From: the human T2T-CHM13v2.0 reference genome, Homo sapiens
Direction: 5' to 3' (one strand)
NCBI RefSeq assembly: GCF_009914755.1
Contig: NC_060932.1
DNA length: 64,000 nt
Part shown: piece after piece, positions 12,751 through 30,875 of the stretch
How positions within the stretch are numbered: position 1 is the stretch's first letter
Layout of the letters: the number at the start of each line of letters is the position of its first letter
Made by a program: the position numbers and the translations under genes
Notes under the pieces: model-generated
Database searches by the model: none
What the model was told of the DNA's origin: nothing
The model's input: the letters and a program-made list of their open reading frames with translations, nothing else

Positions 12751-15182
12751 ATACCTGTTGCTAAGGGCATCAGGATTGGGTTGCTTTTAGCTCATAGGAC
12801 CAGAAATACACCTTCACTGTCCTATCTCAGAGCTAATCCACCCTCCAGCCCTATGTCATCATCTACTCCATAAGGACCTTGGTAAGTCTCTCCATCCTGC
12901 AGGATAGCATACTGACTATTACATGGATAATATATTAATTGGTCCTGGTGAAAAGGAAGTAGCAACTACATTAGACACATTGGTAAGACACACAAATGCC
13001 AGACTGTGAGAGATTAATTTCCCACAAAAATTCAGAGGCCTTCCAACTGGGTGAACTGTCTTGGGATCCAGTGGTCTTGGACATGTTGAAATATCCCTTC
13101 CAAATTGAAGGGCAAGTTGCTGTATCTGATTCTTCCTACCACTAAGAAAGAGACACAGTGCCTAGCAGGCTTCTTTGGATTTTAGGGCAGCATACACCTC
13201 ATCTGAGTACTCTGACATATTTACTGAGAAGCCCAAAAAGCTACCAGCAAAACAAGAGAAGGCCTGGCAACAGGTCCAGGCTATGTGGGCTACACGGCTG
13301 AGGACATGAATGGTGCTTGAAGCACTTGTGGCAGATATAAATGCCATATGATGGAAACTTTCACAGGTCCCTCTGGAGAAATCATGGCACAGACTGCTGG
13401 CATCTGGGAGCAAAGCAATGCCATCCTCTGTGGTGAGCCATTGTCTCTTTGAGGAGCAGCTCCTGGGGTGCTACATGGCCTTCATAGATTGGATGCTTGA
13501 CCATGCACCACTAAGTTATTGTGGAACTTGAACTGTCTGTCATGAACTGTGTGTTGTCTGATCCACCAAGCCCCATAAATCTGGGTGTGCACAGAGGCAC
13601 TCCATCATCAGCTGGCAGTTACAGTCATGCTATTGGACTTGAGCATATCCTGAAGGCACAGCAAGTGGCATGAGCAGTGGGGCAGAGGCCCACAGCCCCT
13701 TCTGCTCCATTGCCTCCTTCCTCTTATCCTGCACTGAGAATCTCATCCAGAGATCCCTAAGACATGCTGTCTGAGAAACAAAACCTTTGGGCCTCATTCA
13801 GGGGTGCTCCTCTAAAAAATTCCAGCACTACCTGCAAATGAATGGCTGTAGCACTATAGCCCAACTAGGGATGGCTGAAAGAACAGTCATGAAGCAGCAT
13901 CTTCACAGAGGGCAGAACCGTAAAGAGAGCACGTGTTGTTCACTTTGCCTGTAAGAGGATTAACCAGAGATAGGAACACATGCTCATGATTTGGCGGGGT
14001 AGCTGGGGATTTGTCAGTAACATGATTGGAAAATTGGTAGCAATGTAATCTAGAGAAGATGCAGGTGATAGATCTCCTGAATGGGCACCACGTGTGAAGG
14101 TATGCGGCCCTTGTGAAAGCTCTTAGAAGAGCAAGCTCAGCAGAGAAGGAATGGAACAATCATATGGATAAAATGACCTGTCCTATGAAAAATATGAGTC
14201 AATGTCATTTCCCACCACAGCTGTCCTTGCTTACTGGGCTAGGGCAACATGGATGGAAGTCTTGCATGGGCTCAGCATAGACTTCTCACCATGGCTGATC
14301 TGACTGCAGCCACAGCTGAGAGCCCAATCTGCCAACAGTGGACACCAACATGGGATGCTTGTTACGGTGCCATTCCCTGGGAGAATCAGCCAATCATCAC
14401 TTTAGTCAGTCATGGAAGGGGCAGCAATTTGATCTCACCAAAATAATCCCTTACTCTGGACATGATTTGCATTTCTTGCCCACAGCTCTGTCAGCACCAC
14501 CAATGAACTTTGCCATATTCATGCCATGCAGCATTGTTTCTTACTGAGGAACTCATTTTACAGCAAATGAAGTATGGCAGTGAGCTCGTGCCCACGAAAC
14601 TTGCTGGTCTCACCATGATCCTATAGTCCTGAAGCAGCTGGCCTGATATAACAATGGAGTGGCTTTTTGAATCTTCCATCATGGCACCAGCTGGAGGGCA
14701 ACACCTTGTAGGGCTGGAGCAATGTCCTCCAAAGTAAAAGGTATCCCCTCCATACATGGTATTGTTTCTCCAGAGTCTGTAGGCAAAGGCTTAGAAACGA
14801 AGGAGTGGAAATAAAAGCAGATCCTCTCTCTGTTACAATCGATGACCCACTAAGAAAATTTTTGCAGTCTGTCACTGCAAATTTGGGCTCTGCTGCTGGT
14901 CTAGAAGGCTTAATCCCCATAGGAGGAATATTTCCACCAGAGGACAAAGTGTTGGTACCATTAAGATGCAAGTTAACACTGCCACACACACACTTTGGGC
15001 TCCTCATGTCAGTAAATCAAGAGGCCAAGGAGTGGGTAACTGTACTGGCTGGGGTGACTGATCCTGATTCTCAAGGGAAAGTTGGGTTATTATTACACAA
15101 TGAAGGTAAGAACTGTTGTAATGGAATAAAGATTATAAAATATGAGGATTATAGTGGATCTCCTACAAGAGATCCCTTGGGT
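12751..15182 (+). mobile_element. ERV-L internal region: RT, RNase H, integrase, dUTPase (degraded)
   Basis: QKYTFTVLSQ; catalytic motif decayed to YMDN at 12920-12931; IN zinc-finger remnant (TAESPICQQ); dUTPase-like HFGLL...VLAGVTDPDSQGKVGLLLHN. Confidence 0.9.
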
Positions 15183-15650
15183 TGTGCATTTGCCCCCTAG
15201 TGCTGCCCTAGCAAATCACCATAAACTGAGTGGCTTGAAACAGCAGAAATGTATTCTCTCACAGTTCTGGAGGCTGGCAGTCCAAAAGCAAGGTTCTCTC
15301 CCCAAAATCTCTGGTGAAGGGTTCTCCCTTGCCTCTTCTGTCTTCTGGTAGCCCGAGGAATTCCTTGGCTGGAGGCAGCATCCCTCCAACCTCTGCCTCC
15401 ATCACCACCTGGCTATCTTCTCTCTGTGTCCGCATCATCCATGGCGTTTGCCTCTGTGTGTGTGTCTGTGTCCAAATTTCCCTCTTCTTATAAGGCCACC
15501 AGTCATCTCGGATTAAAGCCCATCCTAATGACCTCATCTTAACTTGATGCTGTCGGCAAAGATACCATTTCCAAATAATGAATGTCACACTCACAAGTAC
15601 CAGGGGTTAGAACATATCTTTTGGGAGGACACAATTCAACCAGTAATATA
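15183..15650 (-). mobile_element. MLT1 (C/D-like) LTR inserted at the end of the ERV-L dUTPase
   Basis: AAACTGAGTGGCTTGAAACAGCAGAAATGTATTCTCTCACAGTTCTGGAGGC...GGACACAATTCAAC. Confidence 0.85.
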
Positions 15651-16242
15651 GTACCTCCTAGTACTCCCATGCCCTGTGATTACATTAGTAGAATTAATTA
15701 TAATAGAATTTTAATTATAATGGAATAAGTTAATAGAAAACCACACTCAGGACTGCAGGCTTGGGTCACCCCATCAGGCAGGGAACTACAATGACCCAAA
15801 GTGATTGCCAAAAGCAAAAGAAATAAATATGGAATGAAAAGTGCAAGAAGGTACTTAATAATGGAGAGAACTGTAATAGATAGGAGTATCTTTTCATTTT
15901 GATAAGAACACATTTGTGTATATATTAAGTTATTTTCTCTCTTGCCTTCTTCTTATTTCCAACCATCTAATATAAGCTGTGTCAATAGTAGTTAACCTTA
16001 TATCTCAGTGTTTGAGCCAGATAATGTCAATGGGAGAATGTATCGCAGCTCAAGATGGAATGACTGTCATCCACAGATGGGTAAAGGAACTTTGCATCTT
16101 TTAGGGAGAAGGTTAGGGTGTTTTCAGTTGTATGGACAGTTGCATTATTTTAGGTGAAAGTACAATTTTGATATTGTCTTTTTCAGACAATTAAGTATGT
16201 TAAAATAGTTGTATGTGGATAAGAAGGTTACAAGGGGTAGAT
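15651..16242 (+). mobile_element. ERV-L internal 3' region and polypurine tract
   Basis: Resumes as LLVLPCPVI; ends CAAGGGGTAGAT just before the LTR. Confidence 0.75.
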
Positions 16243-17083
16243 AGTGGTAAATATGTATCAAGTCAACTTAGCTTAACTTAGCTTGACTGTGGAATCATGG
16301 TAAGACCAGTTCTAGCTAAACTAGAACTGTGGTTCCCAGAAGCCCTGGGTAGTACTATCAGCCACAAGACACATTTAGTGTGAGATCTGGACAGCAAAAG
16401 TGAAGCCAAAGCCACGTCCTTTTTATATTCAGAAAGTTGGTGCAGGGTACCAGGCCCTGCTGCTGCTTGCCTCGCGGCCCCCAGCTCTGTGAGCTCACCT
16501 TGTCAGCGTGGTGACTTCACCTCCAACCTCACCCATTTCCCCCTAAATTCATCTCCTAGGAGTTTGAGCTCCGTGCCAGCGGCTGCCAACTTCTCCCGCC
16601 CTTCACCACCTGTCTTCAAAGTTGAGGCGTGGAGAGGATGAGAGGTTGGTGCAGGTTCTCATCCATGCTCACAGCATCTGTGTTGCCTGTGTAGATGCCA
16701 GTCCTCTCTTCCCCCATTTAGGTACATCCTTGCCTCCCAACTGCCTGCCTGCTGACTTCATACTCCCACACCAGAGGAAGAAGCAGTAACCCCACACATA
16801 AACCATTTTTTTTTTTTTAGAGACAGGGCCTCACTCTGTCCCCCAGGCTGGGGTGCAGTGGCATGATCATGCCTCACTGTGGCCTTAAACTCCTGGGCTC
16901 AAGCAATCCTCCCATCCTGGCCTCCCGAGGAGCTGGGACTACAGGCATGAGCCACCACACCTGGCCATCTGTCATAAATCTTTTAACTAACTCCCAAAAT
17001 TGTGTGAAGTCAAGTTCCTGCAACAAATTCTTTATTATGTATCCTACTGGTCCTGCTTCTCTGATTGAACCATGGCAAAGTCA
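16243..17083 (+). mobile_element. MLT2E-like 3' LTR (contains an Alu monomer)
   Basis: GCTAAACTAGAACTGTGGTTCCCAGAA...GTGAGATCTGGACAGCAAAAGTGAAGC; MLT2-type end TGGTCCTGCTTCTCTGATTGAACC. Confidence 0.7.
16806..16966 (-). mobile_element. Alu monomer (FRAM/AluJ right arm)
   Basis: Single arm with T-tail. Confidence 0.85.
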
Positions 17084-18920
17084 ATGCCACTGCAGACCCT
17101 TGATCTACCAGCCTTACCAGACACTGACAGGCTGCCTTAGCCAGCGGTCCTGCTAGAAGCTTTCCATGGGGTCAGACCTGCAAGACATCCTGCCAGCTGA
17201 GTGCCTGAAGATCCTGGATCATTGTGACTCACAGTGTGTGGTTTACGGGCCCATTGATTAATGTTTACCCTGTGGATATCTTCTTTTAAATGCCATCTAT
17301 CCAAAAATGTGTTTATTAACCACCAATTAAATTGTGTTCTCATATTTTATGACTCACAGATAGTGAAAGCTGCACATCAGCCCAGGAAAGCCAACATTCC
17401 TCTCCTGCACTGATATAATTCCAGCCAAAGGAAAGAAACTTGACATGTGGTCAGCTCTTCAAAGGCCACAGCAAAGGGAAAGTGTCACATCTTTCAATTT
17501 GCCTCAGAAAAGCCTGTGGGAAGTGGGGAGGGGGTTGCAGTCTGCAGATGGGAGAGCCATGACAAACCGTTCCAGCAATGCTACCAATGGGATTGCAACC
17601 CAGTCTTCAGCAGAGCCAGGGATGCAAGGAAGAGGGGAAAGAATAGGTGGAGAGGTGGGGAGCACATGGACTCGCCTTCATGGGTACTAGGGGACGTCGT
17701 GTGGCATTCTGAGTCTGATCCTTCCTGAAACAACGCGAATGAAGAACTGCACACAACTCAACAGAGAAGAGAGCTGCCCTAGAAAGCTTTGGGTTAAGTG
17801 ACATCAGGGATAGGTCCTGCCATCCTCTGTCCAGTTGGTGTCATCAGCAAAGTTTGGGCAACGTTACAGAAAACCTACAGAAGACAGTCACCCCAGCCTC
17901 AGCTGGTCAGGACTCTATAGTGGGAAGTGAACAAAAAAGAGTTTATCCCATGGCTCACCTCCTGGGAATAATGACAAAGATGATGATAACAATGGGGGCA
18001 TCGGCATGAAGCAAGAGACTTCCATGCCTGATTTTACTCTGTTGTTAATTAAGTTTGTAATTCTGAGTCTACAGTGTCACCATTCTTGGCTTAGTTTGCA
18101 TCTTGTAAAAGAAGAACGCTGAGGCATAGGGTGTCCTTGGCAAAGATGCGGATGCCCACTGAGGTCTGCGTGCCCCTTCCCCTCTGTGGACTAGCTGCTG
18201 CCCAGCCAGAGACTACACTTCCCAGACCCCCCGGTGATCCGTTCTCAGCAATGGAATGATGAGCAGGAGTAATTGGAGCACTTCCAGACCAAAAGGGACA
18301 AAAAACAGATGCATCTTTTCCAAACTCTCTTCTATATCCTGGCAGGATGTTGGAATCCACAGCAACCTTGGAAACCACATGCCCAGAGCCCCCATCCTTC
18401 AGCCTGTGTCCCCAAACACCCATACAGAGTGAGCGCAGACCAGGACTTGATATGAATGAGAAATAGCCCCTCATTATGTTCAACTAGTGACATTCTAAGG
18501 TCTCTCCATCAAAGCAGCCTTTAAGCTTCAAGTTTATGACTAACAATTTACAAATACTTTCTTGTTAATATTTTTAACTTAACTTGACCTAGAGAATGAC
18601 AACCATGGGAAATAAGTCAGATATTTTTCTCATTTTACAAATAAAAACCTGAAGCTAAAATGCTGAAATTGTTCCCCAAAGTCATTGACAAGCAGCAGAG
18701 CCAGGAGGCAGGAGCAGGGTCTTGGATTAGGTTTGAGTGCAAGAAATAGGGTGGTGCCGGCATTCATACCACAGGGCTCTGGGTGTCATCGTGGGCCTAC
18801 CTGGGACTGCCTCCGTGATTTTAAGGAATTGTTTAATTTCCCTCAGGACCGTTTCTTGGATAATAAACAGGGAACAATAGGCCATGTCAATCATGTAAAG
18901 TTGTTGTAAAGATAAGGGAA

Positions 18921-19061
18921 GGCCGGGCATGATGGTGCATGCCTATAATCCCAACACTTTGGGAGACCAAGGCGAGAGGATCACTAGAGCCCAGGAGTAG
19001 AAGGTTGCAGTGAGCTATGACTGTACCACTGCACTCCAGCCTGGGTGACAGAGCGAGGCTC
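18921..19061 (+). mobile_element. Alu monomer (FRAM-like), tail lost
   Basis: GGCCGGGC...GCACTCCAGCCTGGGTGACAGAGCGAG. Confidence 0.8.
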
Positions 19062-20011
19062 ACACTTACTGAACATCTACCACAGACCAAGCACTGTTCC
19101 ACCATCTTGAATCTATTGACTCATTGACTCATCCAACCACCCTACAAGTTATATCAAGTTATATCCTCCCTATTTTCAAGATGATGAAATTAGGAAAAGT
19201 TAAGTAATTTCTCCAACAATGCATATCCTTAGCCTGGATTCTCCAGAGAGCCAAGAGGGAGGAAGGGAGGGTGGGATCCGCCCCAAGCTGGTTATCACTA
19301 AATGCATCTTCTTGACCTGGTCAGACTGTCCGCCTAGAAGCTTCTTAAGGTGTGACTAATGACTGTGAGTCTGGGGCAGGAGGATGCCTGGGTATGAGCG
19401 CTGAGTAGGGTCCCCAGGAAGCCCCAGGGCAGAAGATAAGAGGAGCCCAAGTGAGCCTGAGGCGGGGCACGGCCAGGCTGACTGCTGGAGTCAGTGGGAG
19501 TCTGTGCAGAGCTGGTCGCCACCTCTGAGGCTGGCACAAGAGACAGGCGAACTCGAAAAAGCATGCAGTCGGGCAAAGTCGGGTATGTTACAAGCCTACG
19601 ATGTCATGGGGCTAGTCTTTCTCTCCTTGTGTGAAAGACGTGGTTCCCATTCCTGACCAACCACAGGGAGGCATGCATTGTGAGCTAGTTAGCTCCTGGT
19701 GGGAACAGGCTTACACAAATCCACACATATGTTCTGTTCCAGTCTACGGCCAATGCCTGTCTTGGAGGAAGAAACGACCCAAGTACAGGGAAGCTGCAGC
19801 TTTCTGCTCAGGACTGCCAGCATGTGGAGCTTCCAGGTCTAGGGTGGATGAGACACTTCCCCAGGGAACTCCCTCTGGCTAGATGATTGAAGATGTTAAC
19901 GATGCATATAGTTGCACCCAGCCATGCTCACCAGGGGAGAAAAATGCTGCTGCCCCCACCAAGCAAGGGTCTTTCAAGGAGCTCCTAGTCAGGCTTGTGT
20001 TTTCAAATCTG

Positions 20012-20018
20012 ACACACA

Positions 20019-20054
<36 letters not shown>
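20012..20054. repeat. (CA)n microsatellite
   Basis: Direct reading. Confidence 0.95.
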
Positions 20055-20056
<2 letters not shown>

Positions 20057-20363
20057 GGCCAGGCACAATGGCTTCTGCCTGTAATCCCAGCACTTTGGGG
20101 AGGCTGAGGTAGGTGGATCACTTGAGGTCAGGAGTTCAAGACCAACCTGGCCAACATGGTGAAACCGCATCTCTACTGAAAATACAAAAATTAGCCAGGC
20201 ATGGTGGCAGGCGCCCATAATCCCAGCTACTTAGGAGGCTGAGGCAGGAGAATTACTTGAACCTGGGAGGCAGAGGTTGAACTGAGCCAAGATTGCCCTA
20301 CTGCACTCCAGCCTGGGGGACAGGGCAAGACTCCTTCTCAAAAAAAAAAAAAGAAAAGAAAAA
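20057..20363 (+). mobile_element. AluS
   Basis: Full dimer with A-tail. Confidence 0.95.
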
Positions 20364-20463
20364 GTTTAGTTCTTTGATTATACAAGTAAATACTTCTCCA
20401 TTAAAAGTAATTTATACTGTTGTAGAAAAATTGGAGGTATAAATACACTTAGAAGTTTGAAGA

Positions 20464-20582
20464 GCTCATCTTCCCTGGTCTATGTCCTCTGCTCCTGGAG
20501 ACCCAGCCTCTGTGGCCCTGTGACCTGCAGGTATTGGGAGATCCCCAGCTAGACGTCATGTCCCCTGAGATGCCTAGAAATG
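20464..20582 (+). pseudogene. Retroposed fragment of exon 1 of a ZNF91/ZNF93-family KRAB-ZNF gene
   Basis: TGTCCTCTGCTCCTGGAGACCCAGCCTCTGTGGCCCTGTGACCTGCAGGTATTGGGAGATCCCCAGCTA...GCCTAGAAATG matches the recalled first exon of this family up to the exon-ending ATG. Confidence 0.75.
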
Positions 20583-20632
20583 GTCTCTTCCCAGGGTGAG
20601 AGAGGAATGAAAACTTAAAGGAAAGAAACTCT

Positions 20633-26751
<6,119 letters not shown>

Positions 26752-26930
26752 GATAATATGACAGGCTAGGAAGAAAGGCAGGTGGAAAATTATTGTCTAA
26801 TGAGCACAAAGCTTTTGTTTAGAATCATGAAAAGTTTCTGGAAACAGATAATGGCATGGTTATACAACACTGTGAATGTATTTACTGCCACCGAATTGTA
26901 CAATTAAAATGGTTAAAATAGTTTTTAAAA
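26752..26930 (+). mobile_element. L1MB 3'-end fragment, putative 3' transduction
   Basis: ATGAAAAGTTTCTGGAAACAGAT...GAATTGTACAATTAAAATGGTTAAAAT, then an A-run and the TSD. Confidence 0.7.
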
Positions 26931-27900
26931 AAAAGTTTGAAGAAGAGAACTATTATCACCTAAAATCTCTCTTCTCCCCAAGATAACCACACTAACATTT
27001 TGGTGTATTCCTTTCCAGGCCTTTCTTTGTAGACATATAAATATAAACTGCATTTTTAAATAAAATGGAGTTGATGATACAAGTGTTTTATTACTCTGCT
27101 TTGTTCTCTTAACATTTTATGATAAATATTTTATTGCCATTAAGAATGCTTCCAAAACACATTATTTATAGCTGAACAATATTTTTTGGATATTCGGGCT
27201 GTTTATAATTTTTCACTCTGATATATGGTGCTGGGATGAAGAGCCTTAAACAGAAGTCTTTGATCACATTTCTGATTACTTCCTTTAGAAGACACTTAAA
27301 AGTAGAATTACTGGGACAAATGATATAAATATTTTAATGAAAATTTTTATTGCCAAATAGTTTCCAGAAATTGACCAATTTACAGTTCTATCTGCATCTG
27401 TCAGTGCAGACACATTGCAAAAACAAGTCAGTATTTTAAATGCTTTTCAGAGTAGCAGGAGGAAATGGTATTTCATTTTTTTTGACTCCTATTTCTTTGA
27501 TTAATGGTTCTATTGACCAATTCTTAATTTGTTGACCGTTTGGATTTCTTCTTTTAAGAACTGCTTGTTCATTTTCTTTGATAATTTTTAAGTTGGTATG
27601 TTAGTATTTTTTATTGACTGGATATAATTAGGAGCTGCTTATTTGTCATGCTCATTGCAAATATTTTTGCCTGTTTTCATTTTACTTTTTACAATTTTTT
27701 ACAATTTTTTATTTTTAAAGGCCAGTCAAATTTAGCAGTGGGTGTCATTTTGCTTTTAACTTGTATTATACAGGGATTTTGTAAATATAGCTGGTTTGGG
27801 GACTTTTCTTTGTTTTACATGGTTAAATCTAACAAGAGTTACCTTTGTGATTCCTCCCATGATCTCATGCTTATAAAGTTCTCTCCATCCCAAGATCAGT
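26931..27900 (-). mobile_element. Ancient L1ME 3' region (continues from ~20380-20463)
   Basis: AAGATAACCACACTAACATTTTGGTGTATTCCTTTCCAG and AGTAGAATTACTGGGACAAA motifs. Confidence 0.65.
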
Positions 27901-28074
27901 TACACATGCTCTTATTTTCTTCTAGATAATTAAGAAAAGATATGAAATCACAACACATTAGTATTGGAAGAGTTGGCGAAGTCCTTCATTTCACAGATGA
28001 AGAAACTTAGGCTTAAGGGGTAAAGTAACTCAAAAACCAGATCACGCAGCCATTAAGTGGAAAAGCCAAGATTT

Positions 28075-28608
28075 TCCTTTCGATTGAGGTATAATTAGCA
28101 CACAATAAGATGCACACCGTCTCAAGTCATCAGTTCGATGGGTTTTGATAATTGCTGACGCTCTTGTAATCACCACCCAAATCAAGATACAGAATATTTC
28201 CACCACCATCAGCAACCACTATCTGAGATCTTTCACTATAGGGTATTTTGTCTAGATTTGGATTTTATAAAAACGGAATCATAAAGTACTTTTTAGTGAA
28301 TGTCTTCATTCACTTAGCATAATATGTTTGAGATTCAACCATGCTGTTGTGTCTATCAGCAGCTAATTCGTTTTTTATTCCTGCGTAGGATTTGTATGAA
28401 TCTACTATACTATGAATGTACTATATATACAAATATAATATAATATGTTTATCCATCCCCCTGTTTAGGAACACTTGGTTGTTTCCAATTTGGGGCTATT
28501 ATGAAAAAGGCTTATATGAATAAGTATTTTTTGGACATGTTATTTCATTTCACTCGGGAGTGAAATTGCTGGGGCACTGAATGGATGCATGTTTAACTTT
28601 ATAACAAA
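28075..28608 (-). mobile_element. L1ME 3' end, flanked by MIR pieces
   Basis: TTGAGGTATAATT...GTAATCACCACCCAAATCAAGATACAGAATATTTCCA. Confidence 0.7.
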
Positions 28609-28684
28609 GTAGGGCTAAGGTTTACTATCTGACCCTAGAGACCATGCCCTAAGCCACTGGACACACTGTCCCTCACAGACCCAA

Positions 28685-28890
28685 GCACTGAGAGATCAAG
28701 TTTAAATCCCAGCTATTCCCTGTCCTTGCTGTGAACACTTTGGCAAGTTCCTTAACCTCTCAGTGCCTGGTTTCCTCATCGGCACCACCGTCCCACTCCA
28801 CCTCCCAGGGGTTGTTGTGAAAACTAAAAGAGTTAATACAAATAAAGCCCTCAGAATGAGATCTTGCAAGTGGTTGGTTTATTATTATGA
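28685..28890 (+). mobile_element. MIR
   Basis: TTTGGCAAGTTCCTTAACCTCTCAGTGCCTGGTTTCCTCATC core. Confidence 0.75.
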
Positions 28891-29416
28891 AGAATGTCTC
28901 TACATTTAGTTTGTCAGATACTGGACTGAGAGAATGGTTCTCTTGAAAGTAACCAGGAAAGGCCTCCCTGTGATGGAGGGGCCACCCTTTAAGACTGCTT
29001 GCAGCAGAATGCTATCCCTTCCCACAAAGTCAGCTGGGCCTGCCATAACTGTCCCAGTGCTCCAGTGTGCTGCCTCAAGTGCCCCTGCTGCCTCTGCAGT
29101 GCTCATTCTCCAGGTCTTGTTCTTGTCCTTGTGGGGTTCAGCATACACAGCTCTCTTGATCAGAAGGTGGCCCCAGCCAGTCCCTGAGGACTCACTGCTT
29201 TTAAATACTCCTTAACACCTGAGCAGGATCCCACACGCTGCTCTACCTCTCCTCCTTAGGGGCTAACCAAATTGCACAAGACTCCATTGGCTGTGGTTAA
29301 TCCCTGATGTCCCAGCTTGCAGTCCGTCTGCAGGCAGGTCTTCGGAGGGAACGCATTTGCACCCTGGTGTAGTACTGCTAGGACTGGATGGCAGAGCACC
29401 TTTCCAAACCTGAGTG

Positions 29417-29726
29417 CAGTTGTCCCTCAGAATCCATGGGGGATTGGTTCAAGAACCCCAAGATTACCCAAATCCATGGATGCTCAAGCCTCAAGTTTTG
29501 GATATCAAATGGCCTGCAACCTAGGCACATCCTCCTGTAAACTGTAAAAATACCTAATACAAAGCCTACACATCATTTAGTGTGCATGAAATCCACATAC
29601 TTCTCAGCATGCAACAAAAATTCAAGTTTTGCCTTTTGCAACTGTGAAATGTTCTTTCCCAAATATTTCAGTCCTCGGTTGGTGGAATCCATGGATGCAA
29701 AAGCCATGAATATGGAGGGTTGACAG
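29417..29726 (+). mobile_element. MER2B-like Tigger MITE
   Basis: TIRs CAGTTGTCCCTCAG / GGAGGGTTGACAG|TA. Confidence 0.75.
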
Positions 29727-30571
29727 TACTTCCTAATTCCTTCTAGAATATCACCTACTTCTGCCCTTCCTCCATGCCAATCTTTCCCACTGGATGAGAA
29801 GCTCCATAAGGGCAGAGTCTAAGAAAACTTCATGCATGGGGCCCAGGCACATCATTAGTCAGGCCTTCAGTAAGCATTGTCGATGGATAAGGCAAAAATA
29901 CATTTATGTATAAGCATTCAATGCCTATCTTCTCCTCTCACCCTCAGAGGAGATTTCTGCCTTCTCTCATAGTTCAGTTTCTGGGCTTTTATTGAAAAGA
30001 TCAGAAAAGGGTTGAAAAGAAGAACAGAGCTCAGAGATGCTTTTTAGATTTCTTTGGAAAATAGAAGCAAACTATTAATCCACCAACAGGAGTACTTATC
30101 ATTTATAATTATGGCTATGCATATAATAGAGTATATAGTGAAAATGCAAAATCTAACACACACTTATCCATGGACTCTATCCGTGCACTTATCAACATGC
30201 ATAAATCATGCAAAGTTCAGTTCTTAAAATCTGGAGAGTGATTCATGCATACATATATGTGATACCATTTAAATAAAATTTGAAAAATGCAAAATGTTGC
30301 TATTATTACTATGATACCTAGTTATGAATACATACTATGTAGAAATAGTACAAAAATGTATATAAAATAGCGTGAGAGTGATAAACACCAAATTCAGGAG
30401 GAAGGTTATCTAAGTTGGGACCAAATTATGTAGATAAATTATTTGTGAAGAATAACTGAAAGTTTTGGAGCCACAACTGACTTGATCAGAGTTGCAGTTT
30501 AGGAAGGTAAATCTTACAAGAGAAATGGAGGAAAAGTTGATTCATTCAATATTTATCAAGAGTCCATTATC

Positions 30572-30875
30572 AGCCAGTTGCAGTGACTCACACCTGTAAT
30601 CCCAATGCTTTGGGAGGCTAAGGCAGGAGGATCAATTGAGCCAGGAGATTGAGACCAGCCTGGACAAATGGTGAGACTCCATCTCTGTAAAAACATTAAA
30701 AAATTAGCCAGGCATGCTAGCATGTACCTGTGGTCCTAGCCACTCAGGAAGCTGAAAGAGGATTGCTTGAGCCGAAGAGTTCAAGGCTGCAGTGAACGAT
30801 GATCACGCCACTGCATACTGCACTCCAGCCTGGGCAACAGAGTGAGACACCATCTCAAAAAAAAAAGAAAGAAAC
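30572..30875 (+). mobile_element. AluJ inside an L2 remnant
   Basis: Alu dimer; flanks ATTCATTCAATATTTATCAAG (L2 3' end). Confidence 0.85.

Noticed and set aside
19225-19592. Possible old ERVL-type solo LTR
   Set aside because: Only a vague resemblance; family and ends could not be supported by eye.
20621-20632. AAAGAAACT / AAAGAAATT as the L1 TSD
   Set aside because: Short, low-complexity and imperfect. The outer 13-bp duplication restores the interrupted L1ME and fits better. It might be a remnant of the donor's TSD.
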